A stretch of DNA of 64,000 nucleotides from a bacterium (lineage in GTDB: Bacteria; UBA8248). Each line of letters starts with the position of its first letter. The first letter of the stretch is position 1. Under the pieces are notes generated by a model. The model was not told where the DNA came from. It saw nothing but the letters and a program-made list of their open reading frames with translations, and did not search any database. Location of the stretch: the NCBI GenBank assembly GCA_965200245.1, contig CBDATS010000002.1, positions 256,001-320,000 on the forward strand. The letters are read 5' to 3'. Both the position numbers and the translations under genes were made by a program. This document shows positions 1-8,290 of the stretch, in pieces.

Positions 1-465
1 GTTGACGAGTTGCCCGAGGTGCTGAGACCCGAAATTCCCGAGGACGACTACACCGTGCCCTTCGGACAAGCGAGAACCCTGCGCGAGGGGGACGACGTAT
101 CGCTCATTACCTTCGGCACCACCGTGCTTGAAGCCCTCGAGGCGGCGGAGGTGCTTGAGGGTGACGGGGTCTCGGTCGAGGTCATCGACCTCAGAACCCT
201 GGTTCCGCTCGATAAAGAGGCCATCCTCGAAAGCGTAAGGAAAACGGGAAAGATTCTCTTCCTGCACGAGGCGAGAAAGCGGGGCGGCGTGGGCGGCGAA
301 CTGGCCGCCATCGTGAGCGAGGAGGTCTTCGAGTATCTCGACGCCCCCGTCCGAAGGGTCGGTGCACCGGACGTCCACGTTCCGCTCAGCCCTCCGCTCG
401 AGCGCGCCTATCTGCCGAGCACCGTGAAGGTGGTGGGCGAACTGCGTGATCTCGCCGCGTTCTAG
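1..465 (+). CDS. 2-oxoacid dehydrogenase E1 beta subunit, C-terminal part (5' end outside window)
   Basis: Transketolase-C motifs REGDDVSLIT, EVIDLRTLVPLD, YLDAPVRRV; directly upstream of E2. Confidence 0.9.
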   Translation, partial: VDELPEVLRPEIPEDDYTVPFGQARTLREGDDVSLITFGTTVLEALEAAEVLEGDGVSVEVIDLRTLVPLDKEAILESVRKTGKILFLHEARKRGGVGGELAAIVSEEVFEYLDAPVRRVGAPDVHVPLSPPLERAYLPSTVKVVGELRDLAAF

Positions 466-546
466 GCATCGCTTCATCTGGCGCAATTTCAGGTTTTCGA
501 GTAAAACGGATTTTCCATCTACTTCATCACATGTAAGGAAATATGC

Positions 547-1821
547 ATGTACACCGCGCGCATCCGAATGCCCCGCATGGGAACCAGTGTACACGAGAGC
601 ACGGTGATCGAATGGAAGAAAGCGGTGGGCGACAAGGTGGCAAAGGGCGAGGCCCTTCTCTCTGCGGAGAGCGACAAGGTGGAATTCGAAGTCGAAGCTC
701 CCGCGGACGGCCTGCTGACAGAGATCCTCGCGCAAGAGGATGAGACTGTGTCCGTGGGCGAAGTACTGGCGACCATGGAGACCGAAATCGAGGTTGCCGA
801 AGAAACGCCCGAGACCGATTCGGGCGCGGGCGCCTGGGCGGCTCCCGTCGCGCCGCTACAACCGAGAGAAAAACCCGTCATCCCGGCAGCAAGGGTGGAA
901 AAGACGCCGCGCCACTCGACCGCGATGAAAACCTGGCTCTCTCCGCGCGTCCAGAAACTCGCCGCCGAGCACGGAATCGGGCGGTACGTGCTCGAGGGAA
1001 TCAGGGGCACGGGAACGGGCGGAAGAATCAGCGCACGCGACGTGGAGGCTTTTGTCGCAGGCGGCGGTGTGCCACCCAGGCTCAGGATGTCATGGGAACC
1101 GCTCAGTGCAGGTCAACAGGAGCGCGTCGAGCCACTCGGCAGGGTCAGGAAGCGAATCGCCGAGAACCTCACACGTTCGGTTCAGGAAATTCCCCAGGTT
1201 ACCAGTTGGCTGGAAGTCGACATGAGCGGGGTTTCAGCCTTTCGGGATGCGAACAAAAATGCCTTCCGCGAGAAACACGGCGTACACCTCACCTACACGC
1301 CTTTTTTCATCATGGCCATCGTCCACGCCCTGCGAAGCGAAGAAAACGAAAGATTCAACGCCACTTTCCAGGATGACGCCGTCACCATCAGACGCTATCT
1401 CAACCTGGGCGTCGCCGTTGACTCCCCAGGCGGTCTGGTGGTGCCGGTACTCCATTCGACGGACACCATGAACCTGGTGGAGCTTTCCCTTCGGCTGGAC
1501 GAACTGGCCGCCAGGGCCCGCCAGGGCGCACTGACGCCGGAAGACGTGCAGGACGGCACGCTCACCCTCACGAATTTCGGTGCCTCCGGCGCGCTGGGCG
1601 GAAACCCCATCATCAACCCGCCCGAGGTGGCCATCATCGGCACGGGGGCTATCGCGCCGCGCCCTGTGGCCTTTCCCGGCGGTTCGGTTTCCGTGCGGCC
1701 CGCCATGATTCTGGCGATCACCTTCGACCATCGCGTGAACGACGGCATGGCGGCGGGCCGTTTCGTCTCAGATGTCCGCAACGCGCTCGAGAACATGGAC
1801 TTTTCCCTTTTGGAATACTAG
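547..1821 (+). CDS. Dihydrolipoamide acyltransferase (E2) of a 2-oxoacid dehydrogenase complex
   Basis: Lipoyl motif ESDKV, E3-binding GTGTGGRISARDV, catalytic TFDHRVNDG. Confidence 0.95.
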   Translation: MYTARIRMPRMGTSVHESTVIEWKKAVGDKVAKGEALLSAESDKVEFEVEAPADGLLTEILAQEDETVSVGEVLATMETEIEVAEETPETDSGAGAWAAPVAPLQPREKPVIPAARVEKTPRHSTAMKTWLSPRVQKLAAEHGIGRYVLEGIRGTGTGGRISARDVEAFVAGGGVPPRLRMSWEPLSAGQQERVEPLGRVRKRIAENLTRSVQEIPQVTSWLEVDMSGVSAFRDANKNAFREKHGVHLTYTPFFIMAIVHALRSEENERFNATFQDDAVTIRRYLNLGVAVDSPGGLVVPVLHSTDTMNLVELSLRLDELAARARQGALTPEDVQDGTLTLTNFGASGALGGNPIINPPEVAIIGTGAIAPRPVAFPGGSVSVRPAMILAITFDHRVNDGMAAGRFVSDVRNALENMDFSLLEY

Positions 1822-1885
1822 ATTCCGACATTTTCGTTCCTTTGCTTCCGACATGAAACCAAGACAACAAGGAGCAAGAAATCCC

Positions 1886-2800
1886 ATGGCCAGACCAGAC
1901 ATCGACACCCCCTTGCGCTCCATGCTCTTTATCCCTGGTTCGAGCGAGAAGATGGTGGGCAAAGGACCCACCATCGAGGCGGACGCCGCCCTGTTTGACC
2001 TGGAAGACTCCGTCGCCCTCCAGATGAAGGAAAAGGCGCGCGAACTCGTCCGTGCAGGTATCGCGGAGACCAGCGGTGCGCCCGACGGCCCCTCCACCAT
2101 CCTCGTGCGCGTGAACGACGTGGAATCGGGCATGCTCGGGGAAGATATCGACGCCATCATGACCGAAGGACTCGACGGCATCTTTCTCCCCAAGCCCGAA
2201 AGCGCTGCGGACGTTCGGACGGCGGACGCGCTGTTGACAAAATACGAGCGCGAGCGCGGCCTCGAAGAAGGCGGGGTCGGCATCATCGCCCAGATCGAGA
2301 GCGCCTCGGGCGTGGTACATTGCTACGATATCTGCAAGGCAGCGGACCGGATGGTGGGCGTCAATCTCGGGAGCGCCGAGGATGCGGACCTTTGCCGCAG
2401 CCTGGGGGCCACCTGGACCGAAGACGGCACGACACTCCTCTACACGCGCAGCAAGGTGCTCGTCGAGGCGCGGGCAGCGCGACTGCCCCACCCCACCGAC
2501 GGCGTCTACATGCGCCTGCAGGACGACGAAGGCTGCCGGGCGGACGCGGAATTCGCCAAAAAACTCGGCTACACCGGCAAGGCGGCCATCCACCCGAGGC
2601 AGGTGCCGATTTTCAACGACGTCTACTCGCCGAGTGAGGAAGAAGTCACCTACTACACCGAGATGGCCGAAGCCTACCGCGAGGGCGAGGCGCAAGGACT
2701 GGGCGCGGTCTCCTTCCAGGGGAAGATGATCGACATCGCCATGATCAAGCATGCGGAAAACGTGCTCGCCCGCGCACGCGCCATCGCCGAAAGAACGTAG
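1886..2800 (+). CDS. CitE/HpcH-HpaI family CoA-ester lyase (citrate lyase beta-like)
   Basis: RSMLFIPG, FDLEDSV, VRVN, GKAAIHPRQV, GKMID motifs; AGGAG upstream of ATG 1886. Confidence 0.9.
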   Translation: MARPDIDTPLRSMLFIPGSSEKMVGKGPTIEADAALFDLEDSVALQMKEKARELVRAGIAETSGAPDGPSTILVRVNDVESGMLGEDIDAIMTEGLDGIFLPKPESAADVRTADALLTKYERERGLEEGGVGIIAQIESASGVVHCYDICKAADRMVGVNLGSAEDADLCRSLGATWTEDGTTLLYTRSKVLVEARAARLPHPTDGVYMRLQDDEGCRADAEFAKKLGYTGKAAIHPRQVPIFNDVYSPSEEEVTYYTEMAEAYREGEAQGLGAVSFQGKMIDIAMIKHAENVLARARAIAERT

Positions 2801-2809
2801 GCGAAGCAG

Positions 2810-3790
2810 ATGGCGAATATTCCCGACCCGGTTGAGCATTTCTTCGCGCAGCCCTGGTCCGACGGCCTGCCCGTCGTCGTTCCAACCGAAGAACGCCTGG
2901 CCAAAATGCTTGCGAATCATACGCCCGATGCGCTCATCGGCCATGTGCCGCCCGCGAACCATCCCGCGACGGTGGAGGCCGTCGCGCTCCACGCCGTCAT
3001 GGCAGGTTGCAAGCCCGAATACTTTCCGCCGCTTCTGTGCGCGCTCTCATGCATCCTGGACAAACGCTTCAACATGAACGGCATCCAGGCCACGATGAAT
3101 CCGGCTGGCCTCCTTCTCGTGATGAACGGCCCCTACCCCCGCGAGATTGACGTGCACGGCGGCACAGGCTGCCTGGGGCCGGGTTTTCGGGCGAACGCGA
3201 CCATCGGACGCGCACTGAGGCTCATGCTCCTGAACCTGGGCGGGGGGATTCCCGGCGTGGTGGACATGAGCACCTTCGGCAGCCCCAGCAAGTTCGCCTA
3301 TTGCCTTCGCGAAAACGAAGAGACAAGCCCCTGGCCCTCACTGGCCGAAGAACGGGGCTTCGGGAAAGAAGAGAATGTCGTCACCGCATGCGCGGGAGAA
3401 GGTCCTCGCATCGCACTCGATGATTCGAGCGATCATCCAGACGGCGTGCTCACCACGATTGCGAGCACCATCGCCACCATGGGCACGCGTCACGCCTATT
3501 CGCGCGTGGGCCTCACTGTCATCATGGGGCCCGAACATGCACGGCTTCTCGCAGGGCATGGATACAGCCGGGCTGATACAAAAAAGGGCATCACTGAACG
3601 CGCCCGCCTGCCCGTGGGACTACTCAAGCGCGGCGGTCGATACCGGGGGAAGGAGAAAAGCGAATGGCCCGCGTGGGTGGATCACGACGACGATGAATGC
3701 ATGGCCCCCATGATCAGGGAACCCGAGAACATCACCCTCCTGGTAGCCGGCGGCCTGCCCGGCCCCTCTTCATTTGTCATCCCCGGCTGA
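2810..3790 (+). CDS. Conserved hypothetical protein (WSDGLPVVVPT...GPGFRANATIGRALRL family); stop may be premature, frame continues to 3835
   Basis: Recognisable conserved motifs; the in-frame tail NETSRPVSRTFAVE follows TGA 3788-3790. Confidence 0.7.
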   Translation: MANIPDPVEHFFAQPWSDGLPVVVPTEERLAKMLANHTPDALIGHVPPANHPATVEAVALHAVMAGCKPEYFPPLLCALSCILDKRFNMNGIQATMNPAGLLLVMNGPYPREIDVHGGTGCLGPGFRANATIGRALRLMLLNLGGGIPGVVDMSTFGSPSKFAYCLRENEETSPWPSLAEERGFGKEENVVTACAGEGPRIALDDSSDHPDGVLTTIASTIATMGTRHAYSRVGLTVIMGPEHARLLAGHGYSRADTKKGITERARLPVGLLKRGGRYRGKEKSEWPAWVDHDDDECMAPMIREPENITLLVAGGLPGPSSFVIPG

Positions 3791-3867
3791 AACGAGACCA
3801 GTCGACCCGTCTCCAGGACGTTCGCCGTGGAGTAGCCGCGAAGCGCACCCACGCGCCGCACCGGTCC

Positions 3868-5406
3868 CTAACACCCGTAGGCCTTGCCCTCTTGGGGGGC
3901 GAGCTGCTTCCAGGCCATCGCAAGTTCGACCAGAATCCGCACACCAACGCCCGTGCCGCCCTCGGGGCGGTAGGCTTCGGCCTTCGCGGTATGGGAGGGC
4001 CCCGCGATGTCCAGGTGCACCCAGGGTGTCTCGTCGACGAAATGCTGCAGGAACGCCGCGGCGGTGTTCGCTCCGCCCCAACGGCCACTCGATATATTGC
4101 ACATATCGGCTATCTTGCCCTTCATCGCCTCGCTGTATTCCGGAAACAGCGGCATGTGCCAGACGCGGTCGCCCGTTCGCTCTCCCAGGTCCCGCACGCG
4201 TCCCAGCAACTCATCATGCGTCCCGTACATACCCGTCACCTTCTGGCCGAGTGCCACCATGCACGCGCCCGTCAAGGTGGCGAGATCGATCATGCACTGG
4301 GGCTTGTATTTCTCGCGCGTGTAGTGGAGTGCGTCGGCCAGGACGAGCCTGCCCTCGGCATCGGTGTTGTGGATTTCCACCGTCGTTCCCTTCATCGAAC
4401 GCACGATGTCGCCAGGTCTCGTGGCGTCGCCGTCCACCATGTTCTCGACAAGACCTGCGACACCAACGACTGGCGTGCGGGGCTTTGCGCGCGCGATTGC
4501 GAGCATCGCACCCAGTACGGCGGCGGCCCCGCTCATGTCGGTCGTCATTTGCTCAAGGCCGCCGCTCGGCTTGATGGATATGCCGCCGGTATCGAACGTC
4601 ACCCCTTTACCGACCAAGGCAATGGGTTTCGTACGTACGTTCCGGGGATTGTATTCCAGAATCACCATGCGCGAAGGCGCGCTGCTGCCCCGGCCTACGG
4701 AGAGAAGCGCGCCCATCTTCTGTCGCTCCATCCGCTTCTCGTCCAACACGCGGCACCGCAGGCCCTCGCGCTGTGCCATGGCGCGCGCCATATCGGCCAG
4801 CACAGGCGGACGCTTCTCGTTGCTGGGCGTGTTGATGAGGTCGCGCGCGTAATTCGTCCCGTCGCAAAGAGCCCGCCCGAAGCGCACGCCGCTTCGCATG
4901 GCACTCAGATTCCTGTTCGGCCCCCCGCAGAGAACGGCGCTCGTCACTTCGCCCCTGTCCTCCTCGGCACCTGTCTTGTACCTGTCCATCCGGTAGAGAC
5001 CGAGTCCCACACCTTCCACGACGGCCTGTGCCGCCCCGCGCGCGTCGAGTTCCCTGTCCACGAGAGAAGAGGCCGAGACGGCGATGCTTTTCAGACTTTC
5101 CGAGCGGGCGCGTTTCGCCGCCATCGCGGACGCGCGGCGAACAGACTCAGGCGACGCCTCATCGCCCATTCCTGCGAGAATCGCGAACCCGGGCCCGTCT
5201 CCTTCGGGCATGGGCAAGACGGAGACCTGCCCTTCCTTGCCCTCGAACACCTTACGATCACGCAAGGAAGCCAGCGCGCTGCCCAGAACATCTTCGAGTT
5301 GCTCGTCTTTCTCGTCTTTCCTCATAAGGCGAACCAGGGCGTCCTTCCCCTGGTCGAACCCTGCACCGCCCGCAACGGAGAACCGCATGACCATCGCCTC
5401 ATCCAA
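3868..5406 (-). CDS. pepA: Leucyl aminopeptidase (M17)
   Basis: LVGKGVTFDTGG, NTDAEGRLVLAD, DLATLTGA, WVHLDIAG. Confidence 0.95.
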   Translation of the reverse strand: MDEAMVMRFSVAGGAGFDQGKDALVRLMRKDEKDEQLEDVLGSALASLRDRKVFEGKEGQVSVLPMPEGDGPGFAILAGMGDEASPESVRRASAMAAKRARSESLKSIAVSASSLVDRELDARGAAQAVVEGVGLGLYRMDRYKTGAEEDRGEVTSAVLCGGPNRNLSAMRSGVRFGRALCDGTNYARDLINTPSNEKRPPVLADMARAMAQREGLRCRVLDEKRMERQKMGALLSVGRGSSAPSRMVILEYNPRNVRTKPIALVGKGVTFDTGGISIKPSGGLEQMTTDMSGAAAVLGAMLAIARAKPRTPVVGVAGLVENMVDGDATRPGDIVRSMKGTTVEIHNTDAEGRLVLADALHYTREKYKPQCMIDLATLTGACMVALGQKVTGMYGTHDELLGRVRDLGERTGDRVWHMPLFPEYSEAMKGKIADMCNISSGRWGGANTAAAFLQHFVDETPWVHLDIAGPSHTAKAEAYRPEGGTGVGVRILVELAMAWKQLAPQEGKAYGC

Positions 5407-5514
5407 AAACGCAAAACATGAAAGTGAAAGGGCTCCAGTCTAACCCAGAGCGGCAGGCTCGGCTATGCGAACCGGACTCACCCGGCTTTTTTCCCGCGCG
5501 AATGAGCACACCGA

Positions 5515-5544
5515 TTGCCTAATCCCTCCCCCCGCCCCTAGAAT
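5515..5544 (+). promoter_or_regulatory. Possible sigma70 promoter for the cupin gene
   Basis: TTGCCT-18 nt-TAGAAT upstream of 5638. Confidence 0.35.
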
Positions 5545-5637
5545 GATCCCACATCGTTCGCAAAAAAACGGGCGGGCCGTACCCGTCGAGGTTTCCCGCT
5601 CTCAAATGGTTATTTTCACTCACACCTGGGAGACGCC

Positions 5638-6075
5638 ATGAGTTTCTACAACTGGGACATGCTGCCCCTGAGCCACGATCGCCCCGGCGTCGCGCACAGA
5701 AGGATTTTCGGCGACAACATCCAGATGCAGCACCTGATCACCGAGCCCGGCGGGACGCCCTCCAAACTGCACAGCCATCCCGATCACGAGGAGTTCTTCT
5801 ACATCCAAGCGGGCGAGTGGGAGTTCACGCTCGAAGACGAGGTACGGCGCGTGGGACCCGGGGACGTAGTGCACGTCCGGGCGGGCGCGATGCATACGTT
5901 GAAACTCGTGAGCGATGAGCCGGGAATGGCGCTCGAGGTGTTCTACCCGATGTGGAACCCCGAACTCGCGGGGAGCATGAAGGATTTCACGATAGACGCC
6001 ATCAAGGGCCGCATGGAGTTCGCGGAGGAACCGGACGAAATGAACCGGGGCCGCCCGCCCGGACGAACGGAATGA
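5638..6075 (+). CDS. Cupin domain protein
   Basis: HSHPDHEEFFYI...GDVVHVRAGAMH cupin motifs. Confidence 0.85.
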   Translation: MSFYNWDMLPLSHDRPGVAHRRIFGDNIQMQHLITEPGGTPSKLHSHPDHEEFFYIQAGEWEFTLEDEVRRVGPGDVVHVRAGAMHTLKLVSDEPGMALEVFYPMWNPELAGSMKDFTIDAIKGRMEFAEEPDEMNRGRPPGRTE

Positions 6076-6145
6076 TGGAGAGAAACCAGGGGCGGCAAGG
6101 TTTTTTGCCGCGGGTGAATTTGCCGGAATTTTCCCCGGTGAACAC

Positions 6146-6185
6146 AAACAGACAGGCGGTGCCTCCCGACACCGCCTGTCTGTTT
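6146..6185. terminator. Bidirectional intrinsic terminator
   Basis: Perfect 16-bp inverted repeat AAACAGACAGGCGGTG / CACCGCCTGTCTGTTT, 8-nt loop, between convergent genes. Confidence 0.85.
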
Positions 6186-6231
6186 TCTGATTCCCCTTGA
6201 TGTTCCGTCTCAGGTAACACCAAGGGTTTGC

Positions 6232-6327
6232 TTACGGCTTCTTGAGAACCCTCTTTCGGGAGCGAGGCGTCTTCATGACCCTCAGGAGAGATGTTTCAAG
6301 GGCGGTTACTATCAAGTTTCTTGCCAT
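6232..6327 (-). CDS. Small basic peptide, 31 aa (MARNLIVTALETSLLRVMKTPRSRKRVLKKP)
   Basis: GAGGAG RBS 7 nt before ATG, consensus promoter upstream, terminator downstream; below the ORF-track size cutoff. Confidence 0.6.
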   Translation of the reverse strand: MARNLIVTALETSLLRVMKTPRSRKRVLKKP

Positions 6328-6368
6328 GACAGCCCTCCTCTTACGACTTTCTAACCCGTACCCAACGT

Positions 6369-6397
6369 AATATATCGAAAGGCAGTATCCGTGTCAA
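6369..6397 (-). promoter_or_regulatory. sigma70-type promoter for the 31-aa ORF
   Basis: TTGACA (6397-6392), 17-nt spacer, TATATT (6374-6369) on the minus strand. Confidence 0.7.
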
Positions 6398-6413
6398 GTA
6401 TTTGGGGGGGGTC

Positions 6414-6591
6414 TACATACTTAATTCCACAAGTCCTATTCCCTGAATTCTGGCAAAACGGCTACTTCGGCCGCCGGTTTCCCGGGAAATCGGGGAACAT
6501 GCGGACGGGCTTCCGGGAGGAGCCTGTTCCCCAACAGAAAAACGAAACAGGATATCAAACCATACTCGTTACTCCAGGACAGGAGACCCAA
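6414..6591 (+). promoter_or_regulatory. Conserved non-coding 5' element of NHLP precursor locus 1
   Basis: Clearly homologous to 48604-48852 (shared CCCTGAATTCTGG, CGGCCGCCGGTTTCCCGGGA, GGACGGGYTTCCGGGAGG, AGCCTGTTCC, AGAAAAACG, AGGAGACC). Confidence 0.75.
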
Positions 6592-6855
6592 GTGAAATCT
6601 CTTTCCGGGATGCGCGAGCACCTGATCGGGAAGGCAGGCGACAGTGAGGAGTTCCGTGCCCGTCTTATCTCCGAACCGAGGGCCGTGGTATCCGGGGAGT
6701 TCGGAATCGCGGTGCCGGAGACTTTCAACCTGCATGTGATGGAAGACGACGCCGAGAACAGCTATCTCGTCCTTCCGCCTTCGGCCCGGCTCACTGAGGA
6801 AGAACTGGAATCCGTTCACGGTAGCTATGGTTTCGAAGATCCCGGCAGGTGGTAG
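6592..6855 (+). CDS. NHLP-leader (nitrile hydratase-like) RiPP precursor 1; core approximately SYGFEDPGRW
   Basis: KAxxxEEFRARL..P, YLVLPP, LTEEELESVHG leader motifs; GTG start after AGGAG. Confidence 0.85.
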   Translation: MKSLSGMREHLIGKAGDSEEFRARLISEPRAVVSGEFGIAVPETFNLHVMEDDAENSYLVLPPSARLTEEELESVHGSYGFEDPGRW

Positions 6856-6856
6856 T

Positions 6857-6937
6857 ATGCCACTCGCTTCTCAGCGGCTGGAAAGCACCCGCGGCAGCTA
6901 TGGTTGGCAGCTATGGTTTCAACGATGGTCATATTAG
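6857..6937 (+). other. Mini-ORF / partial precursor copy MPLASQRLESTRG-SYGWQLWFQRWSY
   Basis: ATG 1 nt after the precursor-1 stop; LESTRGSYG aligns to LESVHGSYG; contains the 13-bp tandem duplication GGCAGCTATGGTT. Confidence 0.55.
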
Positions 6938-7141
6938 AACATAAAGGAAATCACAGAGGAGGGGGTTTTCTCGTAGATGGAGATGACGGACGAGGGGCAG
7001 CTGGCGATGCTGGTCTAACAGGTGCTTCATTGTGTCTTTTTCTGTCTATGTTTTCAGGAGAAATCAGAGACAACGAGGCTTTTTGCCGCAGGTGGATTTC
7101 CCGGGATTTTCTCCGGCGAACACAAAAAAACAGGGATTTGA

Positions 7142-7495
7142 TCAAGCAAAATTTGTTTCACCTTTGAAACTTGTACGAAGTTTAAGTGTCACCGGTTCAC
7201 TTTCTCTATGAATATTCTTGGCCGTGACCTCTACCGCATATTCAGTATCCGGTTTCAAGTTCACAAAACTGCATTCAGTGATGGGTGTTTCAACTCCAAC
7301 GAGCCAATCAACCGCACCCACCTCTTTTATACGAATAATGTACGTAATTGGCGGAGTCCACTGCACTTCTATCCCATTTGATATTTTTGGGATATCTTTT
7401 ATTTTGGTCAACTTTATGTGGAAAGTTTTTGTCTGTGAATTCCATGAAACGGGAGGCTGATTCTGCTTTACGGTTGACCAGGGATTCTCATTCAT
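7142..7495 (-). CDS. Fibronectin type III domain protein
   Basis: VQWTPP...Y.I...NLKPDTEYAVEVTAKN...ESEP FN3 signature; AT-rich. Confidence 0.75.
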   Translation of the reverse strand: MNENPWSTVKQNQPPVSWNSQTKTFHIKLTKIKDIPKISNGIEVQWTPPITYIIRIKEVGAVDWLVGVETPITECSFVNLKPDTEYAVEVTAKNIHRESEPVTLKLRTSFKGETNFA

Positions 7496-7969
7496 TTTCT
7501 AACCCTGCCCCTCTTCCCTTCCAAGACTTTTCCACTGATAAACGGAACTCTCATCTGGCTGACTCGTGAACGCACCCAATAAACCTTCAATTGCAGCAAT
7601 ACGGCTTCCGAGGCTCATGCTTGTGTCTGCCATTCGTTCCCCTGTGCGCTTTATCTAGTTTTGAACCTCTCGAATATCGGTTTTCAATTCCCCCGTCCGA
7701 GTATGAATATCGGTTTTCAATTCTCTTATTTGGATATAAAGAAAAGCTGCAAGGGCTATAAGAGCACCTCCGAGAGTTATGAAAATACCTATGAGAGAAA
7801 GTATCTCGTTAAACTTCATATTTCTCTCCCCCGATTTATTTAGTCATTTGATGTAGGCAATATAGTGATAGGGATGGGGCGAAAGCAACCACTGAGGAGT
7901 TAAAGATAGTAGTTTTTGGTAAAATAACCGAGCAGTGTTTTGCGGGAGTTGGTATATAAATCCCAAAAC

Positions 7970-8177
7970 ATGTCTACCGAGGTCCACGGGGAGAGAAAGA
8001 CCCAAAGATGTTATCGAGTGTGCCGTTCGTGTTGCCCAGAGAGCAACAGGTGAAGTAGTGGCAACTCAAACGGAAGGCCAAGCAAATGCCTGCAAGATCG
8101 GCCACATATAAACGAGAAATCTCACCCCAGAACACAGAAAAGAGATCACGCAAAACGTCGCAGCGGTGTGGTGGGAA
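7970..8177 (+). pseudogene. Degraded small mobile-element-associated basic protein (GPxGEKRPxDV...ATGE...LTPExRxEI type)
   Basis: RGPRGEK / RPKDVIECAVRVAQRATGE / NLTPEHRKEI fragments split by a frameshift and a TAA. Confidence 0.4.
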
Positions 8178-8290
8178 ACTATTTTAGCCTCCCCAATGTC
8201 ATTAAATTTCAAGTCCTTACATTTCAACACATTACCTGAAAATATCATGCCGGAAGATCACCACCTCTCCCGACTCGTCCCATTGCGCAG

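Noticed and set aside
3697-5421. Long antisense or alternative-frame ORFs (e.g. 3697-5421+, 1718-2992-, 17501-18883+, 45112-46392+, 62032-63150+)
   Set aside because: GC-rich shadow ORFs overlapping genes with clear motifs.
6391-6591. N-terminal extensions of the NHLP ORFs in the track (starts 6391 and 48691)
   Set aside because: Strong RBSs precede 6592 and 48853, and the two upstream regions differ by indels, so they are treated as non-coding.
6944-7018. EITEEG / EMTDEGQL segments as further NHLP leader-end cassettes
   Set aside because: Similarity to LTEEEL is short, lacks the Gly-Gly motif and could be chance.
7672-7723. 19-bp direct repeat as a CRISPR relic
   Set aside because: Only two copies, a 14-bp spacer and no cas genes.
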